DNA of 64,000 nucleotides from Callorhinchus milii (lineage: Eukaryota). Each line of letters begins with the position of its first letter. Position 1 is the stretch's first letter. Position numbers and translations under genes: made by a program. The stretch spans positions 107,758,001 through 107,822,000 of the forward strand of contig NW_024704742.1 in assembly GCF_018977255.1 (NCBI RefSeq). The letters are read 5' to 3'. Positions 28,198-39,584 of this stretch are shown here, one piece after another. The notes under the pieces were generated by a model, which was given only the letters and a program-made list of their open reading frames with translations, did no database searches and was not told where the DNA came from.

Positions 28198-28253
28198 AAA
28201 ACAAAGCCTCGGTTGGAGCTGAAAGCAAGCTGCAGGATTCATTGCAGCTGCAG
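28198..28253 (+). CDS. Candidate coding exon of an unidentified gene (xNKASVGAESKLQDSLQLQ)
   Basis: ttgatttctag acceptor, CAG|gtaact donor, open frame ending in phase 0. Confidence 0.3.
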
Positions 28254-28572
28254 GTAACTGATCCTAACCGCAATCTGTGGTAACACCAGTAATGTCAGTC
28301 CCAGTATTCTCTGGAAAAACTCACCTTCTTTTGTAGAATCCAACAATTCAATCAACTTGCTCATCTACTTGCTCAGCAAGTAATGACAACACACCACAAT
28401 GGCTCATGCCACAATCAACATAAAATTGCCAAATAATGCTTTCTCTGTGTGCAATATAGACCTGTGCTATGTATAGTATGATTCAAACACTGCAAGCTAT
28501 GGTCTCAGCTTCAGGATAATTTTAATTTTGTGGTTGATGGACAAGAGGCTGGTATGGAGAATGCTAGTTTGT

Positions 28573-29235
28573 AATAACAATAATAATCCTTACATTTGAT
28601 ATAGTGCCTTATCAAGTCTTTCAAGACGTCTCAAAGCGCTTCACAGAATATACTGTAAAGTGAATTGACTGTCTATTCTGTGGGCGAAACGCGTGGATTG
28701 AGTGAAACCTGGAAAAGCAATCCACCAATTGACCAACAACCAGTTTCCTACTCAATGCTAGGTGAACAGAGGCTTGCGGAGTTTGGAAGCTTGCCCAATG
28801 TTTTGCGCTGCCCAGGAATCGAACCAGGTCCACTTGCTTGTGAGGCATGTGCTCTAACCATTAAGATACAGGACTCCACAATATACTGTGAAATGTAGTG
28901 ACTGTATAATTTAGAGGCAATATAACACCCAATTTGCACACAATGATTTACCACACACAGCCATGAAGCGAATGATCAATTTTATCTGAGAGATTATTGG
29001 CCAGCACAATAGGAGAAACTCCTTTCTTTTCTGAACAGTGCCCTGGATCCTTAATGTTCACTTGAACAAGCAGGACCTTGGTTTAACATTTCACCTAAGG
29101 GATGGCAGCTCCAACAATGCAGCACATCCCCAGGACTGATATGTCCAATGAGCATCATCTTGGACTTGTAAGTTCAAAGTCCCTTGTGGAGCTTGAACTA
29201 AATAAATGGAGAATAAGTGGAGTCAGTAGTTTGTA
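28573..29235 (-). mobile_element. tRNA-derived SINE plus Deu-domain SINE composite
   Basis: Full SINE at 28573-28879 followed by a Deu core; paralogous to 18990-19420. Confidence 0.75.
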
Positions 29236-29954
29236 GCCCAAAGGTCTATAGAACAAGTACACCATTAAGATTTACATGAGAGAGAGAGAGAGAGAGAAAG
29301 AGAACAAAGAGAGAACAAAGTCAAGAAATTAATCGTACGTAACCCAAAGCTTGACATAGATATGCACAATGAAGAAAGAAGGTAAGATTAAGAGAGATAT
29401 ATAATAATCCTTGCATTTGATATAATGCTTTATCATGTCGTTGAGACATCTCAAAACGCTTTAAAGAATGTATTACAAAATGGATTGACTGTGTATTTTG
29501 TGGATAAAATAAGATGGTAAGGTGCTCCACAGTCTTGGAAAAGAATAAATTAGAGACGGGGTCAAATATGTAGAGATTCCTTAGCTAAGAAATTGAAGTG
29601 GGGGAGGAGGAACTCTTTTCAGTAACCACCTGAATATACTGGATCACCTATTGAGTTTTAATTTGACACCTAGTTAACTGTTAGAAAGATACCATGCATC
29701 TGCTTCTCAGGATGTGGTTTGAAGTGCTGGTAATACCTGGAACAGGTTATCTTATTCTCTGAACAGAAGGTGAAGTGGCACACCTCAAATTTGCAGGTTA
29801 ATGGCACATTTTCAGTTTTTTTAACGGCCTCAGTTCAGCTTTGCTAAAAGATGAAACCCTTGATTTTATGATTTCTGTCATGAATCTTAACCCTCTTAGT
29901 TAGGGTTGAGGAATTCTGTTTATTTTTTCCTTTTCAATTTTCCTTTCTTTAAGA

Positions 29955-31131
29955 TCACCCGACTTATTTCCAACTAGCATTCACGGCTCTGTCCTTGACG
30001 GTTCAGATCGTACCTCTCACACTGCCTCCACTTCATCTCCACAAACGGTTTCTCCTCTAGCCCCCGCACCGTCTCGTGCGGCGTTCCTCAGGGCTGTGTC
30101 GTTGGTCCCCTCATCTTCAATATCTATATGCTCCCTCTTGGTGACATCATCCGCAGACATGGGGTCGACTTCCACATGTATGCGGATGGCACCCAACCCT
30201 ATCTCTCTGCCTCCACCCTTGACTCCAGGACCACTGCTGTCCTGATAGAATGTCTGTCAGACATCAAGTCCTGGATGAGAGCCAACTTTCTTTAGTTGAA
30301 CGTCATCAAGTCCGAGGATCTCCTGATTGGCCTCCGTTAGCACCTCCACACCTCAGGCGCTGGCAGCTTCACCATCCTTGGTTGCCCCCTCCACCTTACT
30401 AAACTAGTCCAGAACCTTGGCGTCTTGTTTGACCCTCAACTATCCTTTCTACCCCACATCTGCGCCATGACCCGCTTTGCCTTCCCCCACCTCCGCAACG
30501 TCGCCCAGCTCCGCCATGTCTCCCACCGCAGGCCACCGAAACCCTCATACACGCATTCATTACATCGAGGCTTGACTATGCAAACTCCCTGCTTGTCGGC
30601 CTCCCCAACTCCTCCTTCCATAGGCTGCAGATCATCCTGAACTCTGCAGCCCATGTCCTCTCACGCAGCAGGCTCAACCCCATCCTCGCCCAACTCCCTT
30701 GGCTTCCCATCACACAGAGGATACAGTTCAAGATCCTGGTCCTCAACTTCAAAGCCCTCCATGGTCTTGCTCCCCCTTATTTCTGCAACCTCCTAAACCC
30801 CTACCATCCAGCTCGCTCCCTCTACTCAGTGGGCTCTGGCCTGCTTCATGTCCCCCGCCTCACTCGCCCCACTATTGGCACGTGGGCCTTCGGCCCCTCT
30901 GCAACTCCATTCCACAGTCCCTCTGCCTCACCCCCTCCCTTGCCTCCTTCAAGACCCATCTCAAGACCCTCCTCTTCAACCGTGCTTTGGATCTCTCTGC
31001 TTCACCCCTGCCTTCCACTCTTCCCGATCCTGACCCCCAGGTCTGGTCCAAAACTCTGTCTGTCCAGCACCTTGGGATGTCCTCCCGACGTGAAAGGTGC
31101 TATACAAATGTAATTTTGATGTTGTTGTTGC
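29955..31131 (+). mobile_element. 5'-truncated L2 LINE (RT to 3' tail)
   Basis: cacatgtatgcggatggcacc (HMYADGT), ORFs 30425-31142, 3' stem-loop and (gtt)n tail. Confidence 0.92.
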
Positions 31132-32205
31132 TGTCAGCATGATGCTCTGATAATTGACTTGGAGGAGCTGATATTTGTGAATCCAGGGAGCAAGAATCTA
31201 GTTTTGCTAATCATGTTTTGCTGCGGTGGAATTTTCTTTATAAATTTTTGCATATTTGACTTTTTAAACTACTTTTTTTTCTTAATAAAAATCTTGGGGT
31301 TGCAATAAATCTTTAAATGGACAAAATGTCCATGTGGCTAATATTCCTTCTACATTGGGAGTTTGCTTGCAAAGGAAACCACGCCACTTGAGGGAGCTCA
31401 GTAATGAAAAGCAACCAAATTCTCCAGCACTGCCTTGTCCCAGATTCTACAGTACTTAGAGTTAGAACCTACTGCTCCCTCAGTCTCCACAATGAAGAGA
31501 GTTAAACCCAGAGTGAAAAGATTAGCAGAACCAGGAGTGGGGGGGCTGGAAGATATGACCAAAGTTATCTGATATTCAGACACATCTCCTGGGCCCCACT
31601 ACCAGCGTTTCAATAGCAATAATCACGAAAAAAAAATCTAAAGTTGCGTGACATATATGACATTATCTCACAACACTTGTGTGATAACGTTGTATGTTTC
31701 TCTGCGTGCACAAAACATCATCTCTTTGCTAATGCCCACCCTCTTTGGCAGGACAGAGGCACTCTCCACAAATTTCAACAATTGAAAAACAACAAGCTGT
31801 GAATGTGAGGGGGTGGGGTGTATGAACAGAAAGTCAGCATATGAAAGAGAAACACAAACTAAAATTTACCACAATACTATACTTCTGATCTGACAAAGGA
31901 TCAGTCCAAGAACAATAAATTTTCTTTCAGAGGCTTTGTATTTTGATCTTTTTCATGTTTATGCCATGAAACAGATTGGAGTTTGCGGTTTATAAAATAA
32001 CTTTATTTGTTTATAGCTGCCTTAAGTATAAGTCGTTCTCATAACTCGCTGGAAGGTTTAAGACCCACTGACAGGCGTTTTCTTAAAAATAAAAGCTTCG
32101 TAGAAATAGGAAGGCAGAAAGAATGTGGTTTGCTGCCTCTTCCAATGAAGAATCAGATGGCCATTGGACAGATTGACAGTCTGGAGGTGGCGACTCTGCG
32201 TGTAG

Positions 32206-32388
32206 GCGGACAGATGTGACACGGCTCTACAACAGGCCGATAGCGATCACCACAGCGGGAGAAAGGAGGTCAGATACGCTGAGAATAGTTGTAAAAGTCC
32301 TGTGTCAACCATTCTACAGAGTCAGTTAATGTCACCGTCATCTGGTAATCGAGAATCCAAAAAAAGTCCCCAACATTATGATGATACT
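32206..32388 (+). CDS. Candidate coding exon of an unidentified gene (61 codons, ADRCDT...QHYDDT)
   Basis: ctctgcgtgtag acceptor, ACT|gtaaga donor, 183 nt open in phase 0/0, CpG-rich relative to its flanks. Confidence 0.35.
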
Positions 32389-33213
32389 GTAAGAACCAAT
32401 AAGAACTAGAATGGACTGGATTTTCATACCAACGATGTGTGTTGAATAATAATTATACATGCTGAAGTTTGAAACACAAATAAATTATCATAATCTAAGT
32501 TGCACCAGAAAAAAATTAAAATCCAGTAGTCAACAATGAGTAAGTACTATTAGATGCTAGAATTTAGTGTAATGATTATAGTCAGACAATATATTAAGAT
32601 ATGTGCACTGTTTATTTGTATCTATGGAACTTATATTTAGATGCTATTGAACTGAATTGCCTTGTCAGGATTCCGCTTATTTGAATCCTTTGGTTGAGAA
32701 GAGACAAAAATATTAAGTCCAGCAGTTTCTTGAAGCATGAAAGTCAATTGGTAATAGTGTTATCATCAATACATTGGACAACTGCAAAATACTTATTTTG
32801 TAAAATGTTGTAGTATAAATCTGATGGGTGATGAATTTAGCACTTTGTAACTTTAAGTATTGAAAATCACTTATTTTTATTCAGATTGAGTAATACAGGT
32901 AGTTAAACAGTTTCAGAGATCCTAGACAAAAATATGTTTGAGTAAATATAGTGGGCTCTAATTTACTGTATTTCTTTATGGGAATCTTTAATGAGGAATC
33001 CTGATACAATTTCCATCAATCTGCAGAAACCTCACTCCAGAAATAAGTCAAACCTGGTTATTGAACAGAGTCTCCATTACTGTGACTGGATTTCTTATGA
33101 AGAAATCGCTTTAAGAAACACTGCAACTTTGACCCCAGTGTTAGAAATAATCACATGGGAATGTGCAATTTGCGAATCTATATTAAGGCTGAAAGTCTTA
33201 TTCCTGATCTCTA

Positions 33214-33615
33214 TAATAATAATCCTGGCATTACATATACTGTAATATCTTATCAAGTCAAAATGTCTTAAAGCTCTTAAGTTTTTTTTCTATAAAGCGT
33301 AGTAACTGAACATTTGTAGGTGAAGACTGCAGTCAATTTGCAGACAGAAAATAGCCACGAAGGAATGACCAATTTTTTAACCTCCTCTTCTCTTTTCGAA
33401 TAATACTTTGGAATCTTTAACATTTACCCAAAAAGGGAGAGGCAACCTCGGTTTAATGTCTCATCCAAAGATGGCACCTCAAACAATGCAACACCTCCCC
33501 AGCACTGCATTGCAGTGTCGGCCCAGGTTACGAGCCTTTCAATGAGCACAAAGTCCCAATGTGGGGCCTGAACCCACAACCTTCTGACTGAGAACGTGAG
33601 ACTGCTACAAACTGT
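33214..33615 (-). mobile_element. Old Deu-domain SINE
   Basis: The reverse complement reads gaggtgccatctttggatgagacattaaaccgagg, the Deu core. Confidence 0.75.
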
Positions 33616-33924
33616 CATCGAGAACGACTAAAAAAAATAGCATTTTGTAGTAAATCATACAAAACATTTTGAGACGTCCTCCTGATATGAAAGACGCTAT
33701 AATCAAATGGAAGGACTATTTTTATATAACTAGGGCAGACGGACACCTATTCTCAATACTTGCTAGAAATGTAAATATAGAGACAGGAATAGGATAAGGC
33801 TTGACTATGAAGGCCTCTGAAATTCCATGTAGCCCATCGACATCCATCACCCAGGCTACCTTCAAGCTGTAACCTAATATGAAGTGCTGTCTTTAGTTGA
33901 TGCAGGTCATAGGAATATAACTGG

Positions 33925-35726
33925 ACAAAACTAATGTCACACCACTTTTTAAAAAAGTGGAAAGGAAAAGATGGGAAACTATAGGCCAGTTAGTCTCACA
34001 TCAGTAATAGGAAAAATTTTAGTATCGTTGATTAAGGATGTGGTAGTGCGGTATTTAGGGGAGCACAATATAATTAGGCCAAGTCAACGTGGCTTTACAA
34101 AAGGAAAGTCATGTTTGACAAATCTCATAGAATTTTTTGAGGATATTTCGAGTAAACTAGATAAGGGTGAATCAATGGATGTGGTCTATTTGGACTTCCA
34201 GAAGGCATTCGATAAAGTGCCACATAAAAGATTAATCAAAAGATAGGGGCCCACGGAATTGGGGGAAGCATATTAACGTGGATTGGGGAATGGTTAACGG
34301 GTAGGAAACAAAAAGTAGGGATAAACGGGTCCTTTTCAGATTGGTGGGATGTGACTAGTGGAGTGCTACAAGGATCAGCTCTTGGGCCTCAGCTATTTAC
34401 CATCTACATCAACAATCCAAATGAGAACGTCAAGTTAATATATCTAAATTTGCAGATGATACAAAACTAGGAGGAAGTGTCAACACAGATGATGACATTA
34501 AAAAAATGCAGCGAGACATAGATAGGTTAGGTGATTGGGCAGGTAGGCAGCAGATGAAGTTTAATGTAGGGAAGTGCAAAGTCATCCACCTAGGTAGCAA
34601 AAACAGTAGAGCGGGTTATTTAATAATAATAATAATAATAATAATAATCCTTGCATTTGATATAGCGCTTTTCACGTCGGGAGGACGTCCCAAAGCACTT
34701 CACAGAACATACTGCAAAGTGAATTGACTGTATATTTGTGGGCGAACGCGGCAGCCAATTGCGCACAGCAATGTCCCACAAACAGTCGTAGATTGAAAAT
34801 GACCACTTTATTATTGTTTTTGGTTTTTTGGAGGGATTATTATTAGGTGTGTGGAGTAAGGAAACTTGCCCAAGGTTTCGCCCTGCCTGGAATTGAACTC
34901 AGGTCTCTCGCTTGCAAAGCGAGTGCTCTAACCACTGAGCTACAGGACTCCACTTCTATTTTTTAGAAGGGGAGAGATTGGAATGTGTTAGTGTCCAGAG
35001 GGACTTGGGTGTCCTTGTACACCAATCACAGAAAGTTAGTCTGCAGGGGCAGCAGCAATTAGGAAGGCGAACGGTATGTTAGCATTCATTATGAAAGGAT
35101 TAGAGTATAAGAGTAGGGAAGTCTTGCTGCAACTGTATAGGGCCCTGGTGAGACCACACCTGGAATATTGTGTCCAGTTTTGGTCTCCTCATTTAAGGAA
35201 TGCCTTGCCTTAAGTACTTGCCTTGGAGGGAGTGCAGCGTAGATTTACTAGGTTAGTGTCAGGGATGAAGGGGATGAGTTATGAGGAAAGGCTGACCAAT
35301 TTGGGCCTTTATTCTCTAGAATATAGAAGAATTAGAGGGGATCTTATAGAAACTTATAAGATCATCAAAGGGCATGATAGAGTAGATAGTGGGAGATTGT
35401 TTCCCCTGGTTGGAGAAACTAAAACCAGGGGTCACAACCTTAAAATCAGAGGCCAGTTGTTTCGCACTGAGTTGAGGAAGAACTTCTTCACTCAAAGGGT
35501 GGTGAATGTACGGAACTCGCTACCCCAAAGGGCTGTTGACGCTCAGTCCTTGAACATATTCAAGACTGAGATAGATATATTTCTTATTGCAAAAGGGATT
35601 AAGGGATATGGGGATAAGGCAGGGTCAGGTTATTAGCTGGAGTTAGATTAGAAGATCAGCCATGATTGAATGGCGGGGCAGGCTCGAAGGGCCGAATGGC
35701 CTACTCCTGCTCCTACATGTTATGTT
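33925..35726 (+). mobile_element. 5'-truncated CR1 LINE (ORF2 RT to 3' end), interrupted by a SINE
   Basis: GNYRPVSLTS...YLDFQKAFDKVPH, KFADDTKLGG at about 34445, and LEGVQRRFTRL...KTRGHNLKI; several frameshifts. Confidence 0.95.
34621..34953 (-). mobile_element. Young tRNA-Ala-derived SINE inserted into the CR1
   Basis: Full-length copy with a (taa)n tail; CR1 coding sequence resumes on both sides. Confidence 0.95.
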
Positions 35727-36213
35727 ACGAAAGGCGCTATACAAATGTAATTTTGTTGTTGGTGGTGGTGTTGTTGTTATCTTCAGATCCCACTTGAAGA
35801 CTTCCTCTTTAACTATGCCTATGGTGACCTTCCCTCGCTCCCTGGCTCAGCATCAGGCTGCACCACTATTAAGCACTCCAGGACACTACCCCAGGATGAA
35901 GGGTGCTTTATAAATGCAAGTTGTGGTTGGTGTTCTTGAGCTGTAAAGTGGAGTGACTGTGTTTAATGGGCAAATGCTGCAGCCAATTTGCACACAGCAA
36001 TGTCCCACAAATTGTCATGAAGTGAATGACCAACTTTATCTGGGGGAATGTTGGCCAGGACACCAGGAGAAATTTCCTTCTCTTTTCAAATAGTACAAAT
36101 GAAGTCTTTAACGTTCACCTCAATGGGCAGACAGGAACTTGGTTTAACAGCACCTTCAGATGGCAGCACACCCAGCACTGCATTGAAATGTCAGCCAAGA
36201 CATGCCAAATTCT

Positions 36214-37665
36214 AACAACAACAACAAAATTACATTTCTATAGTGCTTTCACGTCGGGAGGACGTCCCAAAGCCCTGGACAGTCAATGTTTCGGACCCGA
36301 GTTGGGTGTTGGGATTGGGGAGGGTGGAGGGCAGGGGGGTGCAGGGTGATTGAAAGCACAGTCAAAGAGGAGGGTCTTGAAATGGGCAAGCAGGCAAGGG
36401 AGGGGACGAGGTGGAGTGACTGCGAGTTGGAGTTCCAGAGGGTAGGGGCAGAGTGGCAGAAGGCCTGCCCGCCAATAGTGGGGCGAGTGAGGCGGGGAAC
36501 GTGAAGCAGTCTGGAGCCCGCTGAGTGGAGGCAGCGGGCAGGATGGTAGGGGTTTAGGAGGTTGTAGAGGTAAAAGGGACAAGGACTGGAGGGCTTTGAA
36601 GGTGAGGACCAGAATCTTGAACTGTATCCTCTGAATGATGGGAAGCCAGTGAAGTCGGACGAGGATGGGGGGTGTTAGGGTCATGGAGGCTGGTGTAAGA
36701 GGACACGGGCTGCAGAGTTCTGAATGATCTGCAGCCTATGGAGAGAGGAGTTGGGGAGGCCAACAAGCAAGGAATTTGCATAGTCAAGCCTCAATGTTAT
36801 GAAAGCATGTATGAGGGTTTCAGCAGCCTGCGGTGTGAGACAGTGGCGGAGCCGGGCAATATTGCGGAAGTGGGGGAAGGCAGTGCGGGTCATGGTGGGA
36901 TGAGGAGTAGAAAGGATAGTTGAGGGTCAAACAAGATGCCAAAGTTCCGGACTGGCTTAGTGAGGTGGAATGGGCAATCATGGATGGTGATTCTGTCAGC
37001 GTCTGAGGTGTGGAGGCGCTGACGGGAGCCAATCAGGAGAGCCTCGGCCTTGTTGATGTTCAACTAAAGAAAGTTAGCTTTCATCCATTCTGTCAGGACA
37101 GCAGTGGTCCTGGAGTCAAGGGTAGAGGCAGAGAGGTAGAGTTCGGTGCCATCCGCATACATGTGGAAGTTGACCCCATGTCTGCGGATGATGTCACCAA
37201 GAGCGAGCATGTAGATATTGAAGAGGAGGGGACCAAGGACAGAGCCCTGAGGACCACTGCGCGAGACAGTGAGGGTCTAGAGGAGAAACCATTTGTGGAG
37301 ATGAAGTGGAGGCAGTGTGAGAGATACAAACTGAACCATTCAAGGACAGTTGAGGTGAGAGGAGAGGCGGTGGATGAGGATAGAGTGGTCAACGTTGTCG
37401 AATGCAGCAGAGAGGTCAAGGAGGATGAGGAGGCAGAGGGAGCTCAGGTTGCAGATGAACAGAATGTCACTTGTCACTTTGACCAGGGCGGTTTCTGTGC
37501 TGTGGACAGCATGGAAACCCGATTGGAGGGATTCGTGAAGGGAGTTTTGCGGAGAGGAAGGAGCGAAGCTGAGATGCAACGATTTGTTCCAGGACCTTGG
37601 AGAGGAAGAGGAGGTTGGAGATGGGGCAGTAGTTTAAGAGCAGGAATGGGTCCAGGGAAGGTTTT
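36214..37665 (-). mobile_element. 5'-truncated L2 LINE
   Basis: QSGFHAVHSTETALVKV...[13 protein letters not shown] (ORF 37340-37579) through to the 3' stem-loop. Confidence 0.93.
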
Positions 37666-37787
37666 AGTTGAAGACCAAATGTGGAAAAAAAGGACAAACA
37701 ATAAAATTTAAATACAAATCCTAATAGTAATCATAAATCTGCCTTCACATTTGCCATTATAAGCATTAATGTGTTCATCTCACTCAG

Positions 37788-37862
37788 ACTACAAATGAAG
37801 AAACTCATGACGATGAAGAAGAGGTACTCTCTGAAGCTAGAAACAAAAACAGTGTATTGTAA
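37788..37862 (+). CDS. Candidate terminal coding exon (TTNEETHDDEEEVLSEARNKNSVL*)
   Basis: ttcatctcactcag acceptor, phase 0, TAA at 37860-37862, AATAAA at 38109-38114. Confidence 0.3.
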   Translation, partial: TTNEETHDDEEEVLSEARNKNSVL

Positions 37863-39235
37863 AACTGCTCAGCATTCACCTGCCTTCATTACACCTATGA
37901 TTATCAGAGTGAGCGCACATGGATGTGGTGCACACAGGGGCGACTCCCGACTGTTTGGAAGAGATCGTCCCAAAAAACATGTGCACAACCTAGATGTGGT
38001 AAAGAAATGTACCGTAAACAACGGTTTTTTGTATCAGGAGGAAGGGAAAAATTGCAACACAAGATGTTGTGTTTGTTTTGGATTTCTGTTACACTAAATA
38101 TATTTATAAATAAATATATATATTTTTTAAAAATGGTGCTCCTAAACACAAAATGAGGAAGAATATTACATTGCAATCCATCAATACATTACAAGTCATT
38201 GAGGACAAATATTGAGGATTTAAATTTAATTAATGTGAGTTACTACTAGAGGTAAGCAATTCTCCATAGGTTATGCAGTACATTTATCAGGCTTAATATA
38301 GTATTTGTTTATAAAACAAACCAAGACGGGTTCTTCACATTCATTAAAATGGGTTTGTGCAATCCTCGTGGGCATTGGCTAAGAGCCAACTTCCTAGAAG
38401 ATCTCTAGCATCATTTTGAATCCATAAATAATGCTGATGGGTTTTTTTTCCAGTTAGAAATGATGGCTTATGAAGGTCAATTTGTAATTTCTATTGCAAC
38501 AAAATCTAAGTTTATGTGATAAGTGTTGATCTTGGCTGGGTAGTGAATTGCTCCAGGTTTTCCAAAGAATCAGATGATAGTTAAGGGAAGATGCCTGCTT
38601 GTTGATACTATCTAATTCCTCCTAATTGTTTGTGAAAGTTGGAGTTTTTTTCTTCTTTTGAAGACGCCAACGTCCACAGGGATTTAATTAATCTTATCCT
38701 GATCAACCCTCGTAGCTATTTGCTATTTGTTGCTGACAATAATAATTTTGACTTATACAGCACCTTTTATGTAAGGAGAATATCTCAAAGTGTTTTATAC
38801 AGACAGATTGGGAGCTCAAGCTGGGAGGGAGGTATGAAGGTGGGGGTATGTGGCTGAAAGCACAATGAGATACGTTTTTCAGACAGATTTTGAAAGCCAA
38901 AAGGAAGGGGCAAGGTGGAGGGATTTGGGAATAGAAATCCAGAGGACGGACAAAGTGGCTGAAAGCTTGCTCGACCATGGTACGGCAGAAAAGCATGAAG
39001 CTGGCCTGAGTGGGTGGATTGGAAGAAGTGGGTTCAGGGGGTGGGGACTGGGGGCAGGGGGGTGTTAGGGTTGTAAGAGATCACTGAAATTGGGTGGGTG
39101 CGAGGCCATGGAAGTATTTAAAGGTATTGTCAAGGATTTTACAGTAGATCTACTGAAAAATAGGAAACTGAGCAAGGATGAAGGAGATAGCTCAAGGAGA
39201 AGGTGTGGCCTGCAGTCATGGATGGTCTGGAACAC

Positions 39236-39236
<1 letters not shown>

Positions 39237-39279
<43 letters not shown>

Positions 39280-39584
39280 CCTTGCATTTGATATAGCGCT
39301 TTTCACGTCGGGAGGACGTACCAAAGCGCTTCACAGAACACACTGTAAAGTGAATTGACTGTATATTTTGTGGGCGAACGCGGCAGCCAATTGCGCACAG
39401 CAAAGTCCCACAAACAGTCGTAGATTGAAAATGACCAATTTATTATTGTTTTGTTTTGGAGGGATTATCATTAGGCTCTGTGTGGAGTAAGGAAACTTGC
39501 CCAAGGTTTTGCCCTGCCTGGAATTGAACTCAGGTCTCTCACTTGCAAAGCGAGTGCTCTAACCACTGAGCTATAGGACTCCAC
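39237..39584 (-). mobile_element. Young tRNA-Ala-derived SINE within an older L2 remnant (~38745-39940)
   Basis: Near-identical to the other young copies, with a long (taa)n tail. Confidence 0.93.

Noticed and set aside
37010..37711. 233-aa + strand ORF
   Set aside because: It is the antisense frame of the minus-strand L2 RT.
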